This document shows, in pieces, positions 46,794-57,962 of a stretch of DNA of 64,000 bases. Position 1 is the first letter of the stretch. Each line of letters begins with the position of its first letter. Both the position numbers and the translations under genes were made by a program. This DNA is from an uncultured Collinsella sp. (GTDB lineage Bacteria; Actinomycetota; Coriobacteriia; Coriobacteriales; Coriobacteriaceae): NCBI GenBank assembly GCA_902490325.1, contig CABUDJ010000001.1, forward strand, positions 6,937-70,936. Direction: 5' to 3'. The notes under the pieces were generated by a model, which worked only from the letters and a program-made list of their open reading frames with translations, made no database searches and had not been told where the DNA came from.

Positions 46794-47219
46794 ATGAAAA
46801 AGCTGAGGACGCTTGCCGATGTTTTGCGCCAGGCCGGTTTCGTGCGTATCACGGGCCTGTTCCTCATCTTCTATCTGCTGTGCTCGACGGCTGTCTGGCT
46901 GTCCGAGCCCACGACCCTTACGTTTGGCGATGGCCTCTGGTTTAGCTTTGAGACCGTCTCGACCATCGGCTTTGGCGATATCCCGGCCGAAACGCCGGTC
47001 GCCCGTGCTATTACCGTCGTCCTGAGCGTCATCAGCATCTTCTACATTGCCATGCTCACGGGTGTGGCGGTGAACTACTGCAATACGCTCATCAAGCTGC
47101 GCCAAAAGGACACCATGGCGCGCTTTATGGACGATCTGGAGCATTTGGAAGAGCTCGATCGTGACGAGCTCGCCGACCTGTCGCGCCGTGTGCGCGAATA
47201 TCGCCGACGCCAACGCTAG
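46794..47219 (+). CDS. two-TM potassium channel family protein
   Basis: Selectivity filter TVSTIGFGD lies between two hydrophobic helices. Start at MKKLRTLADV. Confidence 0.8.
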   Translation: MKKLRTLADVLRQAGFVRITGLFLIFYLLCSTAVWLSEPTTLTFGDGLWFSFETVSTIGFGDIPAETPVARAITVVLSVISIFYIAMLTGVAVNYCNTLIKLRQKDTMARFMDDLEHLEELDRDELADLSRRVREYRRRQR

Positions 47220-47255
47220 AACGGGCGCCGCGCGTCACGACGAGGGGGACTGAAT

Positions 47256-47789
47256 ATGAATATCACGGTATACCTGGGCGCCAGCGTCGGCAATGACCCG
47301 GCGTTTCTGCCTGCGGTGCAAGAGCTGGGCAACTGGATTGGCTCCAACGGGCACGCGCTGGTATACGGCGGGTCCAAATCGGGCCTGATGGGCGCGCTCG
47401 CCGATAGCGTACTCGAGGCAGGTGGACACGTGACGGGTGTTGAGCCGAGCTTTTTTATAGAGGCCGAGTTTCAGCACGACGGCATCGATGACCTCATCGC
47501 GACGAGCGATATGGCCGAGCGCAAGGCCAAGATGATTGAGCTCGGCGATGCGTTCATCGCCTTTCCCGGTGGGACGGGCACGCTCGAGGAGATTGCCGAG
47601 GTCATGTCCGCGGTGTCGTTGGGGCACCTGAGTGCTCCGTGCATCCTGTATAACCTTGACGGTTACTACAACGACCTCAAGGCGCTGCTCGGGCACATGA
47701 TTGATAAGGGGCTTTCGAGCCCGAGGCGCCAGCAAGGCATCTACTTTGCCGACGATTTGCGCGAGATTGTCTCGATTATCAACGGATAA
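47256..47789 (+). CDS. LOG family (TIGR00730) Rossmann-fold nucleotide-binding protein
   Basis: VYGGSKSGLMGA and FIAFPGGTGTLEEIAE. RBS GAGGGGGA. Confidence 0.85.
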   Translation: MNITVYLGASVGNDPAFLPAVQELGNWIGSNGHALVYGGSKSGLMGALADSVLEAGGHVTGVEPSFFIEAEFQHDGIDDLIATSDMAERKAKMIELGDAFIAFPGGTGTLEEIAEVMSAVSLGHLSAPCILYNLDGYYNDLKALLGHMIDKGLSSPRRQQGIYFADDLREIVSIING

Positions 47790-47914
47790 GTCTTGAGCCT
47801 GCCCCACTATGACTCCCAATGGTGCCGTTTGTGGCGCAGATGGTTGGCTTGTCTGGGCAACGCTCGCTCTACAATAAAACGTAACTATGTCGACTTTGAC
47901 CGCGGGAGGACCCG

Positions 47915-49219
47915 ATGGACAACCTTGCCAAACCCACAAACCGCGCGCTGTTTTTAGTTAGCGTTGCCGTGACCGGTGCGTTCGCAGGTGCCGCGGTCTG
48001 GCTGTTCTTTTTTGCGATGGAGCACGGTATCGACTATCTGTGGACCGAGATCCCCCACATGCTGGGCGCGGCGTCGCCCGAACTCGCCAGCGGCCCGTTC
48101 GGTTTTCTGACGTATCCGTTTTTCGTCTGCCTGCTGGGCGGCCTGCTGATCGGCCTGTACGAAAATCTTACGGGCACCAAGACCGACGACCTCAACCAGG
48201 TGATGGCTAAGGTTAAGCAAGACGGGCGCTATCCGTACGACAACCTGGGCAAACTTTCGCTCGCGGCATTGCTGCCGCTGCTGTTTGGCGGAAGTATTGG
48301 ACCGGAGGCCGGCCTGACTGGCGTTATCGCGGGTCTGTGCAGCTGGGTCGGCGACCGCATGCGCCGCTTTGGCGCCGAGTTCAGGGAGCTCACGCTGTTG
48401 GGCACCCAGGCCGCGCTGACGGCGCTCTTTACCGCGCCCGTCTTTGGCTTTGTGGCGCCGCTCGCCGGTAGCGCCGACGGCCAGGGCGAAGACGCCGATG
48501 ATGGGTCCGCGTCCGGCGAGATCACCATCAAGCTGCCCAAGGCACAGAAGACTGTGGTCTACGGTATTGCGATTGCCTGCGGCCTGGGCACCTATCTGCT
48601 GCTCGGCCAGCTTATGGGCGGCGGCATGGGCATGCCCAGGTTCGAGTCCGCCGAGGTGGGCAACCTGGAGCTTACCTGGCTCATCCCTCTGTCGCTGATC
48701 GGAACAATCTGCGGCTGGCTGTACTTTGTCTCTGAGCACGCGAGCGAAGCGTTTGCCCATGCCATAGGGGAGCGCCCTGTCGTCAAAGCCATGCTGGCCG
48801 GTCTGGCGCTCGCCATCTGCGGCACGGTCTTGCCCTACACCATGTTTGCCGGCGAGACCCAGGCCGACGTGCTCATGGAAACCTACCTCACCATTCCCGC
48901 CGGCGTGCTTATCGCGACCGGTCTGGTCAAGGCCATGCTGACGCCCGCCCTTATCAACCTTGGTTGGCGTGGTGGCCACTTCTTCCCGGTTATCTTCTCG
49001 GGTGTGAGCTTGGGCTACGGCCTTGCCATTCTTACCGGCGCCGATCCGGTCTTTTGCGTCGCCGTCTGCACGGCATCGACGATGGGTGCGGTCATGCGTC
49101 AGCCGGTCATGGTCGTGGGCCTGCTTCTCATGTGCTTCCCGCTCAAGGGTATCGTCTGCATGATCATCGCCGCAGCCATCGCCGCCGGCATTCCGCTGCC
49201 CAAGCCGCTGCGCAAGTAG
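47915..49219 (+). CDS. ClC-type voltage-gated chloride channel family protein
   Basis: Polytopic membrane protein with GGSIGPEAGLTG and GWRGGHFFP motifs. RBS GGGAGGA. Confidence 0.8.
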   Translation: MDNLAKPTNRALFLVSVAVTGAFAGAAVWLFFFAMEHGIDYLWTEIPHMLGAASPELASGPFGFLTYPFFVCLLGGLLIGLYENLTGTKTDDLNQVMAKVKQDGRYPYDNLGKLSLAALLPLLFGGSIGPEAGLTGVIAGLCSWVGDRMRRFGAEFRELTLLGTQAALTALFTAPVFGFVAPLAGSADGQGEDADDGSASGEITIKLPKAQKTVVYGIAIACGLGTYLLLGQLMGGGMGMPRFESAEVGNLELTWLIPLSLIGTICGWLYFVSEHASEAFAHAIGERPVVKAMLAGLALAICGTVLPYTMFAGETQADVLMETYLTIPAGVLIATGLVKAMLTPALINLGWRGGHFFPVIFSGVSLGYGLAILTGADPVFCVAVCTASTMGAVMRQPVMVVGLLLMCFPLKGIVCMIIAAAIAAGIPLPKPLRK

Positions 49220-49313
49220 CGCGGCAGCGCGCAGTCAGTACAAACATCTCAAGTCCGGTGCGGGCGCTGTGTCACGGATTTACGGGTGGACTGGATTTCG
49301 TTCGGTATCGGCG

Positions 49314-50189
49314 CTACTTCCAAATTGCAAGCGCGGCGGTGCCCAGTACGATGAGGGCGAGACCGATGGCGCTGCGGCGGGAGAGTTTTTCGTTGAATGC
49401 CAGGCGCGCAAATAGCACCGATACGACAATCGATAGTTTGTCGATCTGCACCACGACACTCACCTGGCCTGCAGCGATGGCATAGTAATAGAGCAGCCAC
49501 GATGCTCCAGTCGCGATGCCCGATGTTGCGAGAAATGTGAGTTCGCGCCGGTCAACGTGCGCGACCTGCTCCAGTTTTCCCTTGGCTGCCACGATTGCCC
49601 ATGCCATAACCAGTACCACGCAGGTGCGGATTGCCGTGGCCAGGTTTGACTCGACGCCTTCGATGCCGATCTTGGCGAGGACGGAGGTGAGTGCCGCGAA
49701 CACGGCGGCGCCGAAGGCGTAAGCGAGCCAGGTTCGGTCTTGCTGCTGCTCGGGTTCGGCGGACTGCTTCTTCTCGATCATTAAAAACGTGCCGAGGGTG
49801 ATGACAGCGGTTCCCACGAGCTTAACCGCAAGGTTGCTCGTCTCGTCAAAAAGCGCGATGGCGACCAGCGCGGCGAGCACGGTGCTCATCTTGTCGACCG
49901 GTACGACCTTATTGACATTTCCGATGCTCAACGCCTTAAAGTAACAGATCCACGAAGCACCGGTAGCGAGTCCCGAGAGGACGAGAAAGAGCCAGGATCT
50001 GGGTTCGATGCTGCCAATGGTTCCAATGGATCCAGAAATGCCCGCCATTGCCCAGGCGAAAACGAGCACCACGCAGGTGCGAATGGCCGTCGCGACATCG
50101 GAGTCGGTCTGCTTGATGCCGCATTTGGCCAAGATGGATGTGATGCCGGCAAAGAATGCTGACGCAAATGCTGCGACAACCCACGACAC
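49314..50189 (-). CDS. EamA/DMT family transporter
   Basis: Two EamA-type 5-TM repeats (ILAKCGI... and VLAKIGI...). GTG start with RBS AAGGAGG. Confidence 0.8.
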   Translation of the reverse strand: MSWVVAAFASAFFAGITSILAKCGIKQTDSDVATAIRTCVVLVFAWAMAGISGSIGTIGSIEPRSWLFLVLSGLATGASWICYFKALSIGNVNKVVPVDKMSTVLAALVAIALFDETSNLAVKLVGTAVITLGTFLMIEKKQSAEPEQQQDRTWLAYAFGAAVFAALTSVLAKIGIEGVESNLATAIRTCVVLVMAWAIVAAKGKLEQVAHVDRRELTFLATSGIATGASWLLYYYAIAAGQVSVVVQIDKLSIVVSVLFARLAFNEKLSRRSAIGLALIVLGTAALAIWK

Positions 50190-50460
50190 AGGTGCGGTGC
50201 CTCCTTGGATAATGGGTTTATCCTGCGAGTTTTATGGACATGAGGATACCGCCCCTCCATGAAGGTTTGATATGGCCGCGGCGAGACGGGGGTTATGTTC
50301 CGGGGAGCCATTTGGTGAAGGCTCGAATTGTCGATATGCTGTCGACTTCTCTTTGGTTTCCAAGATCTAAACGGCATGCTTCGAAGGGCGGCGGCGTTGT
50401 TGCTGCTTCGTCTTATCTAGTAAATGAGGTAGGGTGCCGCCCAAGTCCTTTAGCTGTCGA

Positions 50461-51159
50461 TTACAGGTCGCGTGCTCGATAGACCTTGGTGCTGACGGTG
50501 CAGCTGATTGCACATAGCACGAGGGCCAGCACGGCGATGCCTGCACACAGACAGCCCAGGACGGCAGGATCGGGATTCGCTCCGGCAATCGACATGAGCC
50601 AGTTGCTGATGGGGTTGGAGGAGCTCAGCGTGGCCATGGCAAGGCATCCGAGCATGGCAAACAGGCCAACGGATAGGCGCAGTGCCTCCATGTGTCCAAA
50701 GCGAAAGAACAGCGGCTGCGCCAAAAACACCATCATGAGGGAGATGAGCATTGATGCTGCTGAGGCTATTGCAATCTCAAAGACAATCTGTCCCGTCAAC
50801 GGGATACCCGCGCTGTTGAAGAGCGGGAAGGAGACGATGCTCAGAAGCGCGGCGGCGCACGCCATGACAGCCGAGAAGACAATGATGCTCAGGTAGCGTG
50901 CGCAGATGATGTCTTTACGCGAGAGAGACAGCGTTGCGCGATAGCGCTCCCAACCGTTTTGATTGTCGAAGCCGGCCAGCGAGCTCATGACCATGATGGG
51001 TGACATGGCACTGACCGCGCAGGCGCCAGCGCTCATGCCGGAATCGCCGTCCGATGCGTTGGCAAGGGTCAGCACGACGAATATGAACAAGCCGACACCC
51101 GCAATGCTTGGGGCAAGCGAGCGAACGATGGCGAGCTCGGACATAAAGGCGCGTTTCAT
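50461..51159 (-). CDS. ABC-2 type transporter permease
   Basis: Six-TM hydrophobic profile. The start overlaps the stop of the upstream ATPase gene. Confidence 0.75.
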   Translation of the reverse strand: MKRAFMSELAIVRSLAPSIAGVGLFIFVVLTLANASDGDSGMSAGACAVSAMSPIMVMSSLAGFDNQNGWERYRATLSLSRKDIICARYLSIIVFSAVMACAAALLSIVSFPLFNSAGIPLTGQIVFEIAIASAASMLISLMMVFLAQPLFFRFGHMEALRLSVGLFAMLGCLAMATLSSSNPISNWLMSIAGANPDPAVLGCLCAGIAVLALVLCAISCTVSTKVYRARDL

Positions 51160-52037
51160 TTCGAAGCCCCTTTCAGCGTGAGACGAAGATAGTCATCAAT
51201 GGTTGCCCGATCGCAGGGAATCTCGGGAAAGGCCTCGAGCGTTTCGCGACGGTTGGGCACGAGCACGTCCACGCTATAGGCGTGGTGGGCGGCACGGGCA
51301 CCTTCGACGCAAGCCATAAGCTCGGCGGCCTGTGCTTGGGTGCAGTGGGCGATGCCGGCGCGGTCGGTAATGTCCTCGCGCGGCAGATCAAACACAATCG
51401 AACCGTTATCGATGCAGATGATGCGGTCGGCGGCACGATCGAGGTCGGACGTAATGTGGCTCGAGAGCAGCACGCTGTGCTGGCCGTCGGCGACAAAGGC
51501 AAGCAGCTCATCGAGCAGCTCCTCGCGTGCCATGGGATCGAGGCCCGCGGTGGCTTCGTCCAAAACGAGCAGCTTGGCCTTGTGGCTGAGCGCGCAGGCA
51601 AGTTGCAGCTTCATGCCCATGCCGCGGGAGAGGTCCTTGACCTTTGTCTTGGGGTCGAGGACAAATCGGTCGATGAGGCTGGCGAAGGCGTCGTGGCTCC
51701 AGGTGGGGTACGCCGGGCTTACGAGTGCCTCAACTTCGGTCACCTTGAGTGTGGAAGGGAAGGGGCACGTGTCCAGGACAAGGCCGACGCGGGAGTGCAG
51801 GTGGCGTTGCGACTCATCGGGCGCGTCGGCGCCACAGCGCTGCCCAAACAGGTGCACCTCGCCGGCATCGAGCTTTATAAGCCCGAGCGCGGCGCGAATG
51901 GTCGTTGTCTTGCCGGCGCCGTTTGCGCCTACAAAGCCAACGATCTGGCCGGGCTCCACAGCGAGCGTGACGTCGCGTAGTGAAAAGCGGTCGCTCACAC
52001 GGCGTGAGATACCTTTGAGTTCTAGCAAGTTTTGCAT
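51156..52037 (-). CDS. ABC transporter ATP-binding protein
   Basis: Walker A GANGAGKTT, signature LSRGMGMKLQL and Walker B LLVLDEAT. Start chosen at MQNLLELKG; the 448-aa track ORF is an upstream over-extension. Confidence 0.9.
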   Translation of the reverse strand: MQNLLELKGISRRVSDRFSLRDVTLAVEPGQIVGFVGANGAGKTTTIRAALGLIKLDAGEVHLFGQRCGADAPDESQRHLHSRVGLVLDTCPFPSTLKVTEVEALVSPAYPTWSHDAFASLIDRFVLDPKTKVKDLSRGMGMKLQLACALSHKAKLLVLDEATAGLDPMAREELLDELLAFVADGQHSVLLSSHITSDLDRAADRIICIDNGSIVFDLPREDITDRAGIAHCTQAQAAELMACVEGARAAHHAYSVDVLVPNRRETLEAFPEIPCDRATIDDYLRLTLKGASK

Positions 52038-52060
52038 GGTATAGCCTTTCTTGCAGATGG

Positions 52061-52441
52061 CTACTGCATGGTTTCGGGGGCTACCAGGTCGAGCATCTCG
52101 TGCAGCTTGTCGCGCGTGACGCCCAGAGTTTCGGCTTGGCTTGCCGCTTTCGCAAGTAGCTCTTCGATATGGCAGAGCTGGTTTTCGCGCAAGAGCTCCT
52201 GGTTGCCCTCGGCGACAAAACAGCCCTTGCCCTGCACGGTGCAGATAAACCCGAGCTGCTCCAGGTCGGCGTAGGCGCGCTTGGTGGTGATGACGCTCAC
52301 GCCCAGGTCGCTCGCGAGTGCACGGATGCTGGGGAGTTTGGCTCCCGCAGCGAGCGTGCCCGAAAGGATCTGAGCTTTGACCTGCGAGGATATCTGCTCG
52401 TAGATGGGCTTGTCGCTTGAATTGGATAGGATGATGTCCAC
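52061..52441 (-). CDS. GntR family (YtrA-like, short) transcriptional regulator
   Basis: PIYEQISSQVKAQILSG...LPSIRALASDLGVSVITTKRAYADLE. GTG start with RBS AAGGAG. First gene of the gntR - ABC ATPase - permease operon. Confidence 0.85.
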   Translation of the reverse strand: MDIILSNSSDKPIYEQISSQVKAQILSGTLAAGAKLPSIRALASDLGVSVITTKRAYADLEQLGFICTVQGKGCFVAEGNQELLRENQLCHIEELLAKAASQAETLGVTRDKLHEMLDLVAPETMQ

Positions 52442-52567
52442 AGCGGCTCCTTAGCTGTTGGGCTACACGTGTATATAACCGGTAAGCACAGTATATATAC
52501 ACTATGCACAGTTATGCAAGAGCTAAATGTGGAATAGACCATCGGCGCCGCGCTTGCTCCAAAACAA

Positions 52568-52862
52568 TCTCAATCTGTAACATCTGGATCCGTTTTTGGT
52601 CGCCAGCTGTTACAGATTGAGATGTTATTTTCCCGCCTTCCTATTTGTCTCAATCTGTAACAGTAAGAGTCGATTTGCGCGGCTAGATGTTACAGAACGA
52701 GACATTGGCTGCCTGCCTTTCCGTTTATCTCGATTTGTAACAGCTAGACCCAATTTGGGCGGTCAGGTGTTACAGATTGAGATTGTGCCGGCGGACAAGT
52801 TCGTTTGTCTCAATCTGTAACATCTGGGTCCGTTTTGAGTCGTCTGCTGTTACAGATTGAGA
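52568..52862. repeat. array of eight 15-mers (TCTCAATCTGTAACA and its reverse complement) at an exact 40-nt phase with alternating orientation; equivalent to four ~80-nt hairpin units
   Basis: Forward copies start at 52568, 52648, 52728 and 52808. Reverse copies start at 52608, 52688, 52768 and 52848. Six copies are identical; the copies at 52688 and 52728 carry 2 mismatches each. All seven spacers are 25 nt. Confidence 0.9.
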
Positions 52863-53007
52863 CAGTCTGCTGCAGAATACTTTCGATAACTAGCCGTTCA
52901 CGTTCTGACTGATGAATTTGTCCTGATAGGCGCCCTAGAGCGAGATTTCGCGGCTACAATAGTACGGTTACATCGACGTAATGCACTTAATGCAAGAAAG
53001 GATCCGC

Positions 53008-54621
<1,614 letters not shown>

Positions 54622-54722
54622 CGCATCGGCGCGGTGGCCCTGCGGGGCTGCCGCGCCGCTTGCTTGCCTGATGCCGTGTGAGCGGCTATCATACCCACCG
54701 TCGTCTCAAGACCGGGGCGTCC

Positions 54723-54771
54723 GAGCAGTTCGGGTCCGATATCCTGCTCGTTAAACCTAAAACCAAAGGAG
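54723..54771 (+). promoter_or_regulatory. candidate preQ1-I-like riboswitch in the 5' leader of the YhhQ/VUT transporter gene
   Basis: Hairpin GAGCAG (54723-54728) / CTGCTC (54744-54749) is followed by an A/C-rich tail, GTTAAACCTAAAACCAAAGGAG, that runs into the SD. The tail resembles the UUAACAAAACAAGG tail of known preQ1-I aptamers. Loop GGGT could pair with tail ACCT to form a pseudoknot. Confidence 0.3.
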
Positions 54772-54777
54772 TACATA

Positions 54778-55500
54778 ATGATCAAGAAGGTCATGGAGGA
54801 CTACAAGGTCCTGTTGCGGAGCATTCCCGCGGCAACGGTTTCGCTGTTTTTCGTGAGCGTCATCATGATGAACCTGCTGGCCAACAAAGAGCTCATCAGT
54901 CTGCCGTATCTGGCGCTCGACTGTGGCTTTGTGGTGAGCTGGGTTTCGTTTTTGTGCCAAGACATGATCTGCAAGCGCTTTGGCGCCAAGGCATCCATCA
55001 AAATCTCTATCCTCGCGCTGCTGGTTAACCTGGCCGTGAGCCTGTGCTTTTGGGCATGTTCGCTCACGCCCGGCATGTGGGGCGCCTACTACGACACGGG
55101 CATGATCGAGGTCAACACCGCCCTTAACGCCACCATCGGTGGCACCTGGTACGTGGTGCTGGGCTCTTCGCTGGCAATGCTCGTTTCTGCCGTGGTTAAC
55201 TCCACGCTTAACCAGTCGCTCGGCCGCATGCTCAAAAAGAATAACTTTGCGAGCTTCGCCTTCCGTTCCTATGTGTCCACGGGCGTTGGCCAGTTTATCG
55301 ACAACCTGGTCTTTGCCATTGTGGTAAGCCACACGTTCTTTGGTTGGACCTGGGTGCAGGTCCTTATGTGCTCGCTGACCGGCGCCGTCGCCGAGCTGCT
55401 GTGCGAGGTCTTCCTGAGCCCCGTGGGCTACAAGGTCGTACGCGGTTGGGAGCGCGAGAATGTGGGTGCCGAGTACCTCGAGCGCCACGCAACCGCCTAA
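54778..55500 (+). CDS. queuosine-precursor transporter (VUT/YhhQ, DUF165 family)
   Basis: Polytopic protein with VSWVSFLCQDMICKRFG, STGVGQFIDNLVF and similar YhhQ-like segments. RBS AAAGGAG. Confidence 0.75.
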   Translation: MIKKVMEDYKVLLRSIPAATVSLFFVSVIMMNLLANKELISLPYLALDCGFVVSWVSFLCQDMICKRFGAKASIKISILALLVNLAVSLCFWACSLTPGMWGAYYDTGMIEVNTALNATIGGTWYVVLGSSLAMLVSAVVNSTLNQSLGRMLKKNNFASFAFRSYVSTGVGQFIDNLVFAIVVSHTFFGWTWVQVLMCSLTGAVAELLCEVFLSPVGYKVVRGWERENVGAEYLERHATA

Positions 55501-55509
55501 GGAGCAAGT

Positions 55510-56190
55510 ATGCGGGTTTTGATCACGGGCGCTTCGGGCGGTATCGGAGCCGCGTGCGTGCAGCGCTTTTTGGATGAGGGCCACGAGGTCGTGGGCTTTG
55601 ATCTGCTGCCGGCGGCGATCGAACACGAGCGCTACCGCCATCTGATCGTTGATGTCCGCGAGCCTAACTCGTTTCCAGGCGACCTTGAGCCTCAGGTAAT
55701 CGTGAATGTTGCCGGTACGCAGGATTCGGCCGACGACATCGCCGCCAACCTGTGTGGAACCATCAACGTGACCGAGCGCTACGCCTTTGTGGGGGAGGGG
55801 CTTGCCGCCAAGCCGACGCCGGCTATTAAATCCGTGGTCAATGTGGGGTCGGCGAGCGGGCATACGGGATCGGAGTTTCCCGCCTATGCTGCCAGCAAGG
55901 GCGGCGTTATCGCCTACACCAAGAACCTTGCAAACCGCCTGGCACCGCAGGCCATTGCCAACAGTGTGGACCCGGGCGGCGTTATCACGCCGCTCAACCG
56001 TTGCGTGATGGAAGACGAACACCTGTGGAACCAGATTATGGAACTCACGCCGCTTAAACGCTGGGCCACCGCCCAAGAGATCGCCGAGTGGATCTACTTC
56101 GTGGGCGTGACCAACCGGTTTATGACCGGGCAGAGCCTGCTGATCGATGGCGGCGAGGCCGGCCGTACCCAGTTTATCTGGCCCGAGTAG
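55510..56190 (+). CDS. SDR family oxidoreductase
   Basis: TGASGGIG cofactor motif and the catalytic YAASK. RBS AAGGAG. Confidence 0.85.
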   Translation: MRVLITGASGGIGAACVQRFLDEGHEVVGFDLLPAAIEHERYRHLIVDVREPNSFPGDLEPQVIVNVAGTQDSADDIAANLCGTINVTERYAFVGEGLAAKPTPAIKSVVNVGSASGHTGSEFPAYAASKGGVIAYTKNLANRLAPQAIANSVDPGGVITPLNRCVMEDEHLWNQIMELTPLKRWATAQEIAEWIYFVGVTNRFMTGQSLLIDGGEAGRTQFIWPE

Positions 56191-56196
56191 CAAAAC

Positions 56197-56232
56197 GCGC
56201 CCGATGGCAAGATTGCCGTCGGGCGCGTTTTT
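56197..56232. terminator. bidirectional rho-independent terminator
   Basis: GCGCCCGATGGCAA-GAT-TGCCGTCGGGCGC followed by GTTTTT, and preceded by AAAA for the opposite strand. Confidence 0.8.
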
Positions 56233-56245
56233 GATGTATCGATTT

Positions 56246-56971
56246 TTAGCCGAGGCAAGTCCAGTCGACGGGGGTCGAGCCGTGCTGTTCGAGTAGCCGA
56301 TTGGCAGCGGAGAAGGGGCGCGACCCCATAAAAGCGGGGAGTTCTGCTGTGGCACGGTTGGCCGAAAGCGGCGAGGGGTGCGTGGAGGCCAGGCAGAACT
56401 TGTCGGTTGCCTTGCCCGCACCAGTTGCGTCGAGCTTACCTTCGACCATCTGCTGGGCAAAGCGGCCCCATGCCAAAAAGACTACCGGCTGGGGCAGCTG
56501 GCAGCAGCGTTCGATAACGTAGTCGGTGAGCGTGCTCCAGCCCAGTTTGGCGTGCGAGTTGGCGGCATGCTCGCGCACGGTGAGCGTAGTGTTAAGGAGT
56601 AGGACGCCCCGTTGTGCCCATGGGGTTAGGTCTCCCGTGGCGGGAATGGGACAACCCAGATCGGCTTTGAGTTCCTTGTAAATGTTGCGCAGGCTCGGCG
56701 GCAACTTGGTTTGCGTCGCGGGGACCGAGAACGACAGCCCCATTGCCTGGTTGGGTCCGTGATAGGGGTCTTGACCCAAGATGACAACCTTGACCTGGTC
56801 GGCCGGCGTGTAGGCGAGGGCATTGAGGATGTCGTCTTGTGCCGGGTAGATAGTCTGCTCGGCACGCAAAAGGGCGATGCGCTCGAGCAGCTGGTTCGTA
56901 GTGTCACGTACCGGCTGCGGTGCATCGCCCAACCAAGTTGCTATGTTGCGGTCGCGGGTCGCGGCGTCCAT
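56246..56971 (-). CDS. ung: uracil-DNA glycosylase (family 1)
   Basis: VVILGQDPYHGPNQAMGLSFSV, GVLLLNTTLTV and STHPSPLS. RBS AAAGGAG. Confidence 0.92.
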   Translation of the reverse strand: MDAATRDRNIATWLGDAPQPVRDTTNQLLERIALLRAEQTIYPAQDDILNALAYTPADQVKVVILGQDPYHGPNQAMGLSFSVPATQTKLPPSLRNIYKELKADLGCPIPATGDLTPWAQRGVLLLNTTLTVREHAANSHAKLGWSTLTDYVIERCCQLPQPVVFLAWGRFAQQMVEGKLDATGAGKATDKFCLASTHPSPLSANRATAELPAFMGSRPFSAANRLLEQHGSTPVDWTCLG

Positions 56972-57059
56972 GGGGCTCCTTTACGTCAGATGCTCTGTTT
57001 GCATCTATTGTAAAGGCGCACCGGTTGCCTTTATGCCACGGCTGTATGAAGAGCGGGGT

Positions 57060-57962
57060 CTACGAGACGTGCTCGGGCGCTCCTGCCATGCGAGCCTGTC
57101 CATGTGCGCGGAGGCGCGGAAGCTCGACGGTTGCCACCATGACGCCGCTGAGGATGAGTGCGGCGCCAAAGAAGGCGATGGGGCTCAGAACCTCGCCGAC
57201 CAGGAAGAACGAGAAGACGGCGGAGCAGACCGGCTCGAGCGAGAAGGCGAAGCCGGTGGTCTCGGCGGGCACGTGGGGCTGCACGAGCGTTTGGGTGATA
57301 AAGCCATAAGCAGAGCAGATGAGTGCGAGTGCGACGACGACCACGACCTCGCTGGGCGTGCTGGGAAGTGTGAAACCGCCAAAGACGCATGCGGCAATGC
57401 CCGAGAACAGGCCGCCAAAGCCCAGCTGCCAAACGCCCAGGGACAGCGGATCGACTTCTTCGACAAACCGCTTGGCGACAATGATGTGGCCGGCGTAGAC
57501 AAAGGCGGAGAGCAGCATGATGAGCGCGCCCGGGTTCAGGCTGGTGAAGTCGGCGCCCGAGAGCAGCAACATACCGCAGGTGACGATGGCGGTGCCGACG
57601 AGCACTTTGCGCTCGGGGGCGCGGCGCAGCAGGGCGGCGTTGGCAAACGGCACGATCACGACCGTCAGGCTCTGCAAAAAGCCGGCAGTGGAGGCGGAGG
57701 TGAGGCTGGAGCCCAGGCACATGCAGGTGAGCTCGGTTGCCATGATGGCACCGATGATGGCGGCACGGACCATAAGGTCGCGGTTGATGCGAAACGCGTG
57801 CTTGTGGAAGAGCAAAAGGCAGGCTACAAAGGCGATGATGCAGCGTAGCGCGACGATGCTCGTGGCGTTCATGCTGTCCATGCCGATCTTCATGAGGGGA
57901 TACGAAAAGCCCCATGCGACGGGAACGGAAAATGAGAGCGCGATTGCTTTTTTGCGATCCAT
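57060..57962 (-). CDS. DMT (EamA) family transporter
   Basis: Ten-TM profile with two EamA-like halves. RBS AAAAGGAG. Divergent from the LysR gene. Confidence 0.8.
   Translation of the reverse strand: MDRKKAIALSFSVPVAWGFSYPLMKIGMDSMNATSIVALRCIIAFVACLLLFHKHAFRINRDLMVRAAIIGAIMATELTCMCLGSSLTSASTAGFLQSLTVVIVPFANAALLRRAPERKVLVGTAIVTCGMLLLSGADFTSLNPGALIMLLSAFVYAGHIIVAKRFVEEVDPLSLGVWQLGFGGLFSGIAACVFGGFTLPSTPSEVVVVVALALICSAYGFITQTLVQPHVPAETTGFAFSLEPVCSAVFSFFLVGEVLSPIAFFGAALILSGVMVATVELPRLRAHGQARMAGAPEHVS

Noticed and set aside
52568-52862. Is the phased repeat array a CRISPR array?
   Set aside because: The repeats are only 15 nt and alternate in orientation. The spacers are related to one another in an 80-nt periodicity. 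There are no cas genes in the window. It is better described as a tandem hairpin repeat.
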